This document shows positions 50,882 through 62,973 of a stretch of 64,000 nucleotides of DNA, in pieces. Source of the stretch: Felis catus (taxonomy: Eukaryota); assembly GCF_018350175.1 (NCBI RefSeq), contig NC_058368.1:138262001-138326000 (forward strand). Reading direction: 5' to 3'. How positions within the stretch are numbered: the stretch's first letter is position 1; every line of letters starts with the position of its first letter. The notes under the pieces were generated by a model. It did no database searches and was not told the origin of the DNA. It saw nothing but the letters and a program-made list of their open reading frames with translations. Position numbers and translations under genes: made by a program.

Positions 50882-51182
50882 GTAATGGAACTTCATCGAT
50901 CCGAGAGTTTGTGTCATGAAAATTCATTCTTCATTAATGAAGCTTTAGTACAAATGTCACTTAACACTTACAACAAATCGACTCCATCGGGTGTCCATCA
51001 GGATGCCACTTATCCCCAGAATATATCTAATTCGGATTTGGTAAGGACTAGTGAAAACCAAGTAGACCTCCACCTGGACGTTTCTCAGCCCTTGGATGTC
51101 AACCATGAACTGTGGACAGCTGCTGGGTCCTGTCATCAGATACCCCCTCTCCACCAAAGCAGCAAGGATTCTTGTAAAAATG
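50882..51182 (+). CDS. ARHGEF28: ARHGEF28 exon (window exon 19), last coding exon found in the window
   Basis: ttcttacaCAG|GTA ATG GAA...AAT G|gtaatt; 301 nt, phase 0-1; VMELHRSESLCHENSFFINEALVQMS...SSKDSCKN. Confidence 0.94.
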
Positions 51183-53807
51183 GTAATTAATGCTTTAAAC
51201 ATCATCTGTATAGTTTGAGCAAGAAGCTGTTTGTCTGAATGGTTGGCTCTTCTTCAGAGTGAATCAAAGGGAGCCCTAGAAAGGGAATAAACTGGTTCTG
51301 ATGAGCTGGAGTTTGTGGCATAAACTTCTTTTTGGTGAAGTCTGGGCCATCTTCTAGCCAAGTTGGAACATGGTTAGAGGGCTTTGAGGATGTCACCAAG
51401 GTGTAAGAACCAGACAGTGTTTTCAGATCTGTGGGTTAAATGATAGATACCAAGTTGCTTCACTTTTAAGGTAAAGTTATTCCTCACCGTAGACCCTACC
51501 ATGTCCCGATAGTCATAGTCGGCTCTCAGAAATAAAAGCTATAGACAGGGTTTGTGTTAGGACTTTATGGCCTATCAGGGCAATTTCCTGTAACGTTAGT
51601 GAAATCTCTCCTGCTATTAAACACCTCAAAATGAAACTGTTAACATCATTTGTCATTGTTTAAAAAAAAAAAAAAAGTGTTGTGTCTCCATAAGTACCTC
51701 ATAATAACACAATTTGCTAATCCCATTAAAGCATTTGCCAAATATAAATGAAAGGCAGCTCCAGTTACCAACTCCACATGAATCCAAGTGATTTAAATCT
51801 ATGTCTATTATAAATTGTTTTCTAGGGGATATGAAGTAGGGAATGAGAAGAACTTGAAACCTCTCTACCGAAAAACAGATGGCACGCAATAGAATAAACA
51901 AATGGCTGGCCACATGGATGTGAAATAAATCACTGACAGCAAAATCTTTCAGAAACATAAAACAAGCAATAGTGTAGAGATCTTCAGAACTTGACACAGA
52001 TTTGTTTCTATACTTTATATATATTCTTAGTTTGGTAGTGGGATAATTTCTCAGCGAAGGAAAGTTTCGAAGGTACTCAGCCTCTCTGAACTAGAGAGTG
52101 ACAATTCCGACACTGCCTGAGAGCTGATAGGTGACGGATCCAAAAGTTGTGAATTTTTAATAGTGGATGATAATTTGCCTTATTTCGTGACTGCTGTAAC
52201 ATTCTGATTTCTTGTCAGTGTGTAGGAGAGAATGAAATCCTTCTTTGAAGCTTCATTTCAAACATCCTCTGAATAAAAACAAATAAACTGGAATGGTTCG
52301 TTGAGATTTTTTTAAATAGGTAGAATTTAGAGAACGTGACCCCTTTATTATCTTGCAACTTTAGTATTGTGGAGACCCCATTGAAGAATGCTTTTTCTAG
52401 GTGACCGTTGCTTTGCTGTGTTGATTCATTAAGTTGCTTTTGACAGTGTTTTTAATGTTGTTGGCAGTGTGGTTTCGCATACCGGCTTTGGTATAATTCA
52501 AAAACTCAGTGTGAGTTAAACCACATTCAGCTTTTGTTTAAAAGCAGCATCTCTCTCTTTTTGTATAGCTCCCATCTTTTTCTTTTGACTTGTGCTTCAA
52601 AGGATGAAGCTTTTAAACATTTGGCAGCACACTTGCAGGAGATAGAAAATGTACTAAGGAAATAAACAGTGATTATATCCAAAACCAGCCTCTCCACATG
52701 TAAGAAATTAGAGATAGCCGAGGGAAATGCTGAGAAAATGTACTTATGCTTCAGTTATCGTGTGTCCGGCGTAGGCCAAGGACACCGAGGACATTGGCAA
52801 AAGAGAGGAAAATCAACCTTGGCCTGAATCTCTCAGGAACATCCTGGTGTGTGTGTAAGTAGGGATTAGATCAGAATGCAATGTGTGCTGTTAAGCACTA
52901 GAGTTTTGCAACTAGTCAAAAAAAAAAAAACCAACCCTGTTTATATTTGTTTAGGTAAACGTGATAAGCACTTTCTGGAGGAGAGACGGGGAAGAGATTA
53001 GGAGGTGATAGAGAAGTGGAATGAAAATTGGATATACGTTCTTAAGAGGGTTGTCAGGGCCAGATAAAATTGTTCCAACCACCCTCAAGCTTTCACAGCT
53101 TTTAAAATTGAAAGTAGCACAAAATAAGCTGCCGGTGGTGCTCTCGCCTGACTCCCGCACCCTGGGGTGGCACAAGGGGGAGGCTCTGGACTGGCAGAGG
53201 CGGGCCCAGGATGTACGGATGGAGAGAATCCCAGTCCGGTGCCCGAATTAAGGGCAAGGCAGCGTCAGCGTTCCCTGGCACATTTTGTCGCTGAATCTCT
53301 GGGTTAGTGGTCATTCAGTGACCACCACTGAGGACCTGTGGCTCACGATATCCTGATGAACATTTGCCTCTAATGCTCTTGGCTGGTGTGTTTGTTAAAT
53401 GTGCATTTAGCCATGTTTCATTAATGCCGTGCTGAGGATTTTACCCTTAGGCTTTAAGGTCAGCCGTATTAAGACACCTACTTGAAGAATGGTTTGCTCT
53501 TTTGTGCTCCGATACCGTGTCCATATGATCAGCTCAGATCAGCGGAAATGTGAATTTCGGACGGGAAAAGTTGTGTGTCAATTAAATTCTTGCATGTGTT
53601 TAGACGTCACGTAGATGGGAATTTTCATTGGTTTGTTCAGTTCAGTTTCACCAGCCACTCTATCGTGCTCTGGTTGTAATTGGATTTTGAACTACCCTTC
53701 CACCACTTGCCCCCACCACCAGTTATATGACACCGCATTTCAAGGACTGGACTACGGTTCTCCATGGAGAAATCATTTGATGCAACAGTCCACTGAGATG
53801 CCTCTGT

Positions 53808-53935
53808 TCTTATCTCCATTTGGGAGGAGGACCTGAGGTATAGTGACTTGGTCCCACAGCTAGTGAATGGTAGAGCCCCAGATGGAGCCCAAGAAGACTG
53901 GCTCTGGAGCCCATGCTCTTCGCCATTACACTGCA
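53808..53935 (-). mobile_element. MIR remnant
   Basis: ttatctccattt...ctgagg...gtgacttggtcccacagctagtgaatggtagagc...ctctggagcccatgctct. Confidence 0.7.
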
Positions 53936-54213
53936 CATTGTTAATTTCTAGAAAGCTGTTTTGAATTGTGCTTTTTATAGAAGTTGGAGTAGAAGTGGAA
54001 TAAATGTTGCCGTAATGCCTGGCAGGATGTTCACAATTACAGCCACTTGTGGTGGTGGTTTTCTTCTCCTTCCTTCCTTTTTAGCATGACCATTTGGAAA
54101 ATGTTTCTAGATATTTGGGATCGTGGTGGCCAGTGCTTGCATGGATTCTGAGCATCTTCAAATACCATAAATACCCTTCAGCTTCACTGTTTTCCCATAA
54201 AACGCATTTTCTT

Positions 54214-54371
54214 TTTTTTTTCTAGTTTTATTTTATTCTATTTTTTTCCCAATATATGAAGTTTATTGTCAAATTGGTTTCCATACAACACCCAGTGCTC
54301 ATCCCAAAAAGTGCCCTCCTCAATACCCATCACCCACCCTCCCCTCCCTCCCACCCCCCATCAACCCTCAG
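54214..54371 (-). mobile_element. 5'-truncated felid-type L1 3' end
   Basis: T-rich tail, then aatatatgaagtttattgtcaaattggtttccatacaacacccagtgctcatccca; 17-bp TSD ataaaac(g/a)cattttctt at 54197-54213 and 54372-54388. Confidence 0.9.
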
Positions 54372-54434
54372 ATAAAACACATTTTCTTAAAGAGCATTTG
54401 TTTCTCTAATGTTACATAATAAAAACTCCATGTT

Positions 54435-54635
54435 GGGGCGCCTGGGTGGCTCAGTCGGTTAAGCATCCAACTCTTGATATTGTTCAGGTCGTGATCTCAA
54501 GGTCATGAGATCGAGCCCCGCGTTGTGCTCTGTGTTGTGTGTGGAGCCTGCTTGGGATCCTTTCTCTCTCTGCCCTTCCCTTGCTCGTATTCTCCTTCTG
54601 TCTCTCAAAATAAACAAACATTAAAAAATAATAAT
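54435..54635 (+). mobile_element. Can-SINE
   Basis: TSD aactccatgtt. Confidence 0.92.
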
Positions 54636-54964
54636 AACTCCATGTTATTTGTAAATATTTTTTAAGTCAGCACTTTAAAGAACTCTACTCTCCAATTTTG
54701 GAAGTTGTTTCGTGAACAGAATTCTTGGGTGTTTGAATATTGAATCCAAATTGGAGTTTGATTTTATTTATGGTGGAAGAGATGTTTGTTTTAAGAACTT
54801 AATCTGTACTCAGGGACACAAACTACTAGAAGACTATAAGACTACAGAAAATTTGAATTTCTTTAAACAATATAGCCCCTGTAGGACAAGTGCTGTGTAA
54901 TTGGACCCATGAAATACTCAACTTTACTATTCTTCTTAAAGGCAAAACAGATAATTTATTTCTG

Positions 54965-54995
<31 letters not shown>

Positions 54996-55712
54996 GCCTC
55001 TTACCTTTAGAATTCTAGAACTTTTTGGTGTCTCTATTACTTTACATTTGATTTTTTTTTTCATTAAATATCAGGCAAAACACTCTATGGTATGGAAATT
55101 AGTATGAAATCTTCTTAGTCTCCCTTTTCAGTTATATTTTTATCTGTACCTCACTATTTTGAGGTTGCCTGGAAAGTTTCTTTTCAATATAGTTAAAGCA
55201 TTATGGTTTTGCCATGCACATGATAAGATTTAAATCAAGAGCCAAATTTTATGCATTAGTCATGTTGCTATTGGAAGAAGAATAATTTTATTAAATTTGG
55301 ATTCCAAAAGAGTGTTTCCCTTTATTACACATTAGGATTTGGTGCCCATCAAAGTATTATCAAAATTCAAAGCATTGTATTCAGAATATTTCATCTTGGC
55401 AGTGTTGTTGTTTTTAGTACAGCTGTGTTAAACTTTCATTGGTGTGTTTTTTACATAAGGAAAGAAAATAGAAAAATTTCCAAATAAAAAGCTAAACTGT
55501 AGTTAGTATTTAGGTAACAGTTTTTAAGAAGTGAGTGTATGATAATTTCTCATGTTTTTAAAATACCCCCTAGTTCAGAAATGCGCACCCTATTTGTGTA
55601 ATCTGTGTGGAAAGAAGGCTGGCCAGCAACCTTCAGGCAGTTTCTCAAAAAAAGTGAAATTGGCAATGGAGAGTATAAGCTTCAAGGACCAAAGTGTATT
55701 TGAAAGGAGGGG

Positions 55713-56114
55713 TGTATTAGTTTGCTAGGGCTGGTGTAATAAAGTACCAGACAGGGAGGCTTAAACAAGAGAAACTGATTTCCTCGTGGTCGTGATTCTA
55801 GTGGCTGCAAGTCTGAGATGGAGATGTTGACAGGGTTAGTTTTGCTGAGGGCCTCTCTCCTGGCCTTCTAGAGTGCTGTCCTCCTCCTGTGTCTTTGCTT
55901 TGGTTTGTTCCCATGCATGTCTGTGTCCTAATCTCCTCCTCTTTTAAGGACACCAGTAATATTGGTTTAGGTGATGACCAATCACTTAGGTCATGCTGAT
56001 GACCTCGTTTACCTCTTTGAAAGCTCTATCTCCAAATATATTATGGGGTAATTAATGGGGGTTAGGAGTTGAGTATGTGAGTTTGGAGGTGGGAAATACA
56101 GTTTAGCCCTTAAC
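55713..56114 (-). mobile_element. MLT1-type (ERVL-MaLR) solo LTR
   Basis: tgtattagtttgctagggctg...ggcttaaacaa...aagtctgagat...aaggacaccagt...tacagtttagcccttaac. Confidence 0.85.
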
Positions 56115-57487
56115 GCAGGATAAAATAATTGTTTTTCTCATGGCAATAGTTGTAGGTATCGTGAAGGCTTTTAATTTTTTTTAATGTACCAGAGTTGAAC
56201 TATAATTTAACTACATTGTGAGCCTTATTTACTTGGTTAGGGGAGTGAATTGAACTTTGAAAATTGTGCTAAGTAATTTATATCTGCTTATTGATGTATT
56301 ATCAATCCTGGATGTCAACACATAGAAAGTGGGTCAGAAAATATTGAGTCTGTAGATTCGTTGGACCGTATTTCCAAACATAGGTCCTAATTAAGGAGCT
56401 TTGGGAATTTTGAGCTCTCTCTCCGAATGAGAGGGATAGTAAATGCTTTTATTTTGAGTTGCTTAAATGAACCAAAAATGGAAGGGTTGAGAACATTCAT
56501 TATGACATCAACTTATTGTCTAGATAGATCTATGGGAGTTTATAGAAGTCAACAGTGGGGAGTCACTGGGCAACTCTTTTTCCTGTGGAATTTTGACTAT
56601 CACTTTGGGAACATTTTTAAGGAAATCACAGTATTACTTGCTCTCGGTAATCCACGCCATGGCAAGACTATAAAGAACTGGACTCAGAGGCTTAATTTTA
56701 ATGTTTCTCACTGACAAGTGTAGATGATTGACTTTCTCCTTTTGCAGATTTTGTACCAGGAAAGGGAAACATGCCATTTGCTTGTAGAGCCTGGTGAGCC
56801 CCCGGTGCTGACTGCCAACTTCCTGATTGCATAGTTCTCTGGGGGAAGGTTGGCTGTGTGAGCCAACTGGGCCAAGGCCATCCCGCCTTAGCACGTAGAG
56901 CCCAGTACACAGCAGGAGAGTAAAACAGCAGGTGGGTGGATTCAGAGGCAGCCAGCCAGCCATGTGGCTGCCTGTTCATTCCCACCCTGGGCTCCAATTT
57001 GGTTTCAACAAGCTGCTGAAGTTGAGTCCACTCAGTATGAATGATTCCAGAGGTTAGGCCTAGCCTTGGGTCATCCTTAGCTTAAAACACGAAAAAAAAA
57101 AATACTTCCATGTAAATAGAGACATAAATGCACATATCAACATAAATGTGGTCTATGGTCTACACATTTTACCTTTCCGGTACAGTGTGGCTTTATTCTC
57201 ACACTGATTAAGGGTTGGGTTTGGAAGGGAAGTTTGAAACCGTTCATGTATTTAACATACCTGAAGGATAAGCGGTGGTCCTGTCAGTCTCACTGAGTCC
57301 TGAGACAGTGATCCAAAACTAGCAAAAGTTTCCCTTCCACAGATCAGAATTTGGGACTCCGGTTGTCACCCGTCTGTCTGTCTTGCAATGGAGGTTCCAT
57401 TTGGTAGGGCTTGCTTCAAATGTGAAGTGTTCAGCTGAGGACTGTTAATTTATGTCTGCCTAAGAAGAACATGACCATCTGGCTCAG

Positions 57488-57657
57488 TAGGTGGCAAACT
57501 TTTTCTTAAAGGACAACGCAGGGAATGTTTCTGTCTTTCCGGGATACCAGGTCTTTGTCGCATATGGTCAGCTCTGCCATGGTAGCTCAGAAGCAGCCAC
57601 AGACAATGTGTAAAGAATGAGATTAGCTGTGTTCCAGGAAAAGTTTATTTATAAAAG
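57488..57657. mobile_element. MER58A-like DNA transposon fragment
   Basis: ggcaaactttttcttaaagg...cagctctgccatggtagc...agcagccacagacaat...gctgtgttcca. Confidence 0.8.
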
Positions 57658-58520
57658 TGAGTTTTTTTTTTTTTTTTAAATCCACTTCAGTTGAAAAGGT
57701 TATACTCCTTCTTTTGGAATTTCATCTCAATTCCCTTGTGGTTGAATTAATAACGTAATCTGGCACTTCATGGCGCTTAAAAACATTTGAATTCATGGTC
57801 TTATTTGTTCTTTACAGCTGTCTTGTGACAGTTAATGTTGCTGTTTTTCAAATAAGGCGACTTTTGTCTGTTACTTTTTGTTGAGTCTCTGTGAAAAGAT
57901 GAATTTAGAAAAATAGAGTTGAACGGTTGGAGTTGAAGGCTGGTGGCTTAAAACTTGGAGAGACTCCCCGCAGCCCCCAACCGTCCTGACCTCAGATCCA
58001 CATTCCTGTGATTCTGTCATGGAGGGCTATCCTCTAACTATGAGGCTGCATTTAGAGAAGTAAGGTGTCATAGGTGGGATTGGTTGCTGGAACCATGGTT
58101 ACTATAGCTGACTGTGCCTCATGGTTTCTGAAAAAATGCAATAAAAGTATGAATTCCTCTGTTCGAAGATTCTCATTTGGTAGGACATGGGTGAGGCTAC
58201 ACATTGGTGTATCTAAATTCTCCTTAGGTGATTGCAAAGCAGCCAGCCTGTACCCTTTCCCTGGTGTGCTGGGCATGATGTTCAAGAACCTCAGCTGAAA
58301 CACTAACTCTCATTCCTATGGCTACATGATTTCTAAGCCTTCGTTTCCCATCTGTACAAATTGGAAGGACGTGTTAACAGAACTAAAGGGGAAAAAAAGG
58401 CGTGGCATGTCTTGGGATCTGAAGAGTATCTGCTTCCTTCCTACCTTCTGGAAATAATTCTGATTGTGATTCAGGGCTGGTGTGCTGTTTCCTAAATGTC
58501 GCTAAAGCCAGTAAGATTTA

Positions 58521-59166
58521 TTTGTTTTTCTTTATTTTTTTTTAATTAAAATTTTTTTTAATGTCTGTTCAGTTTTTAGAGACTGCATGAGCAGGGGATG
58601 GGCAGAGAAGGAGGGAGGCACAGAATCCGAAGCAGGCTCCAGACTCAGAGCTGTCAGTGCAGAGCCCGACATGGGGCTCAAACTCACGAACCGTGAGATC
58701 ATGACCTGAGCTGAAGTCGGCCGCTTAACTCACTGACCTGCCCAGGTGCCCCATAATTGTTTTTGTTTTGTTTTTTGTTTTTTAGAGAGCAAGTGCGACT
58801 GAGGAAGAGGGGCAGAAGGGAGAGGGGAGAGAGAGAGAGGGAGAATCTCAAGCACACTCTATGCTCAGCATGAAGCCCAACACAGGGCTTAATCCCATAA
58901 TACTGGGATCATAACCTAATCCAAAATCAAGAGTCCGATACTTGGGGTGCCTGAGTGGCTCAGTCAGCTAAGCGTCTGACTTCGGCTCAGATCATGATCT
59001 CATGGTTTGTGAGTTTGAGCCCTGCATTGGGCTCCCTGCTGTCAGTGCAGAGCCTGCTTCAGATCCTGTCTCCCTCTCTCTTCCCTTCTCTCCCATTTCA
59101 AAAATGAATAAGCATTAAAAAAAAAAAAAGTCAGATGCTGAACCAACTGAGCCACCCAGGCGCCCC
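58521..59166. mobile_element. Nested cluster of three Can-SINEs
   Basis: Minus copy 58521-58752; minus copy 58753-58943 plus 59130-59166, split by a plus copy at 58944-59129; outer TSD ccagtaagattta. Confidence 0.9.
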
Positions 59167-59859
59167 CCAGTAAGATTTAGATTGTGAACAAAAAAGACCT
59201 AAATTGGGGAACTTTTTTAAAACTCAGAATGGAATCACTTATTAAGGGTAACCGTGTTTCTCTATCGGTCTGAGAGGAGGTGTTTGTTACATGTCACCAG
59301 AACTATCCTGCGAGGTAGTCTCAACAGCACAGCATTTAGCTTCCGTTTGTTCTTTTCTGTAGAGGAAGAATTTACATCAGTCAGCTGTGTTTCCAGAACC
59401 AACTGAAAGAAATAACTCTGGCAACAAGACTGAAAAATCTCCATTTGGGATACAGAGCTGTCATAGCTACAGAATATCCAACCCTAATTGGTTGCATCAT
59501 GTCAGTATGTGCCCCGGAAATCTTGTACTTGAGTTCCCTGAGTAGGTTTTTCTACTAGAAAGAAGTGTTGAGAACGGCCAACAGTATTTTGGTTTGAATC
59601 ATTCCTCACTTTAAAATTTAAAAATAGGGCTTCGGCTTATGATCTTAATCTCCTTTTGAGTTTGGTTACTCTGAATCAACTTGTTCTTATTAGTCCTGGA
59701 TAAACTGATAAAAATCAAGGTTCAGAATTACCAGGAAGTACCTCTTATTAGCACTCATCATAATTTGAATTAATTACATGTGTAATAATTTTAATGTCTG
59801 TCTGCTCCAGTATAGAATGAGCTTCATGGGGTTGGGGAACTACATGTGTCTCCTTTGTT

Positions 59860-60087
59860 TTTTTTTTTTTTTATTTTTTTTTTTCAACGTTTATTTATTT
59901 TTGGGACAGAGAGAGACAGAGCATGAATGGGGGAGGGGTAGAGAGAGAGGGAGACACAGAATCGGAAACAGGCTCCAGGCTCCGAGCCATCAGCCCAGAG
60001 CCTGACGCGGGGCTCGAACTCATGGACCGCGAGATCGTGACCTGGCTGAAGTCGGACGCCTAACCGACTGCACCACCCAGGCGCCCC
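59860..60087 (-). mobile_element. Young Can-SINE
   Basis: TSD tgtgtctcctttgtt. Confidence 0.95.
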
Positions 60088-62893
60088 TGTGTCTCCTTTG
60101 TTAAATGCTCTATCAGAAGCACCAAGCACACGGTTTGGCATATAATGAACATTGGATAAATATTTACGACCTGAATGAAGGAGTTAAGGCCCGTACTCTG
60201 TAGCAGAAGTGATGGAGACTGTGAGCTTGAGCCACGCAGCTGGACTCTACTGAGACATTGGAAGAGGTTGAGAAAAGACAGAGTTAGATGAGTATCTGGC
60301 CAGCTAACTGGATGCCCTGAGCTTCAAAACGTGTAAGACGGGTGTATATTAGATGTCAGGACAACTGTATGCTTGCTTCTTGCCTTTAATACATGACTTG
60401 GATTCTAGGCAACAAACTTTCACAGTTATCAACTTTTCTTCCTTATTAATGTTGAAATGAATTTGTTTACTGATGTACAGTCCTATTTAACAGATTGTAC
60501 AACTCTAGAGCATCTTTTTATGTGAGGTTTTTTTTTTTTTTTTTCCGTTTAGAACATTATGTATAGTCCCATCCAGCCTTGGGTAGCAAATGAAAACTGA
60601 AAAAGTGAAAATGTATTCTTCGTAAAATGCTTTAATTTATTCCAAACAAGTAGAAATGAATCCTTGCTGTCGTTTAGGAAGGTGGCACAGAAACAGTTTA
60701 GCATTTAACTGTTTTGTCAGTAACTTAGCCTATCTGTTCATTGGGGTATTTCTTTTTTAACCATAAAGTAGCTCCAACACCAGTAAACGAAACGTGGGCA
60801 GTTAGCTCAACATCAGCGAAATACTTTCTTAAACGCTTTTTGTTTTGCTAAATCCTATTTAACAGTCCAGTGTATTTCCCCAGACAAAACAAATAGTATT
60901 TGCTTAGTTAAATTTACTCCTAGAATGGGATCCAGTTTCTCTGGCTTGACTTTCTACTTGTCTGACTTAAAATATTGCCTGAAAGATCACATATTTATCA
61001 TTACAATCTTAAAATTAAGTGTGGTGGCATCTTAAGAAATATATCCCTTTGCTTTAGTCCAAACTGAAAGGCACCATATTTTCTCAAATGGTCAATTCCC
61101 AGACATAGCTGGCTGAGGGGGGACATCTTGTCCTGTTGTTTTGCACAGATTTGAGCCAGATAATAGTAATACAAAAAAAAAAAAAAAAAAAAAAAGCCTG
61201 GGCCCGAGTTTTGATCTCTGGAGATGTTAATTTGCCATGATAAATCACTGTTGAGTTTCCTTGGATAAGGGGCCAGAGTATCCATTCTCTTTCTGGATGA
61301 GAGATTAATTCAATTTAATTTGAAATGTTAATGCTTGGTTTGAAGATTTACCTAAGGAAAAATGTAATCTTACGAAGTTTCCAGTTATGCAGGGCAGGAC
61401 TCTGGGCCTTTCACCGAACAATTTCACAGTAAGGCTGTGCAAAATTTAATTATTTTCGTGATGACTCTTTTCCATAGCTCTCTTTGTGCAAATTTCATTA
61501 CGCTCCAGCTTTTTCTTCCTAAAACATAACATGCTGGATGTTTGGATTAAATACAGAATATTTGGATCATCGGCCAAAAATAGAGGACACTCTGCTTCTC
61601 TGGTGAATTGAGGCCATTTTGTAAGAAATGGTGCTGTAAGGCTTTGGAAGTAACGTTTACAAGCAAAACATTGGCAGAGTTTTAATTTTATTTAATGACC
61701 TGCTTCCTACCAGTGATCTTGGCACCCTGTGCAATGATTTGCAATCAATTAATCACACAGAATGTTGTAACACTGCAGTAAGGGCATTGCACTCTGAGAG
61801 TCTCATAAATCCACCAGCGACAGAAAACAGAAATTGCAAGCTCAAAGACCTCTTCATGAAAAGCCCCAAATGGGGAGGTGATTTTAACGTTGTGTTTTCT
61901 GACGTGTCCTTGAAAGCCTCAGTACTTTCTTGTAGATGGTGAGTTCCTGTAGTTCCCACTTCTCCAAGATGGTTTGGCCCTAACTGGACTGTCAGTACAG
62001 GAGTCTGTGTTTGCCTCATTCACTTTAGACACTAGTCTTTTAGATGAGGGAATTCTGGATTCTTCTGAATTACTGAAGGAGGCTATGAATTCAAGGCAAT
62101 AACGTTCAACTGCAGTAGGCCGTATTTTTGAAGTCTTTGTAGGAATGATTCAGGAAGGATGCATGTTTCCATCCTGGGAATACGCTGACATTTGCTAGAG
62201 GCAGATGGCAGAAGATGGGATGGTGTGATATTACAAGTCAGAGACTTGACATACTTGACTTTGCCAGAAGCTTCTGGAATCTGCATGTTTAGGATCTTAA
62301 GCTTATATTCTTGTCATTTCAGATGTGCCCTTGCAGTTAACTGCTTAGCTATGCTGGGTGTTTTTTTTTTTTTCTTCTTCTTCTTATTTTAGCATAGTAA
62401 ATATGGAACTATTAAACATTCTTAAAATTATATAAGCCTGAACTCTTGGATGTATGCATATTGTGTTGTCTTTACTTGCTTCCATATGGTTCTGTTTTGC
62501 GGATGTTCTTATAACAAGAATATGGAAGCTTAATGTATATCCCATCTGATTAAAATTGAACCCTCTTTTAAGAAACCGAAGTTTTCAGAGCTGTATTACT
62601 TCCCATGAGTAGGTTAAACTTCTGACTCTTGACAAATTTATTCCTCCCAAAGCTATACTATGTTTGATTATTTGTGAAATTATCCAGATTGGCAAGTAGA
62701 GCTCATCCTCTATTTTTGGATGCTTGACGCTTCTGTTCAGCATGAGCTCTAAAATACGCTCCCAAAGTTTTGCATATGCAAACGCCTCTTCGTTGGCACA
62801 GAGACGGGATGGAGAGAACGTAACAAACATTTTGGCCAAAATGTGATGGTCTGTTAGTCGGCATGTAGTAATGAGGCCACATTTTGGATCCAA

Positions 62894-62973
62894 GCTCCAG
62901 TGTGAAAAAGTGCAGTCGTAGCCTGATGTCTCTCTCTGGGGACTGCAGGCTCAACTCCCAGAGCCCTTGAAAG
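62894..62973 (+). other. Probable non-functional orthologue of a human ARHGEF28 alternative cassette exon
   Basis: Reads (G)SSVKKCSRSLMS and, after a 2-nt shift, GLQAQLPEPLK. This resembles the 26-aa insert I recall from the long human isoform (GSSMTKCSCTLTSPPGLWTGTTSTLK). Flanks are caa| and |gagagt rather than cag| and |gt. Confidence 0.6.
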
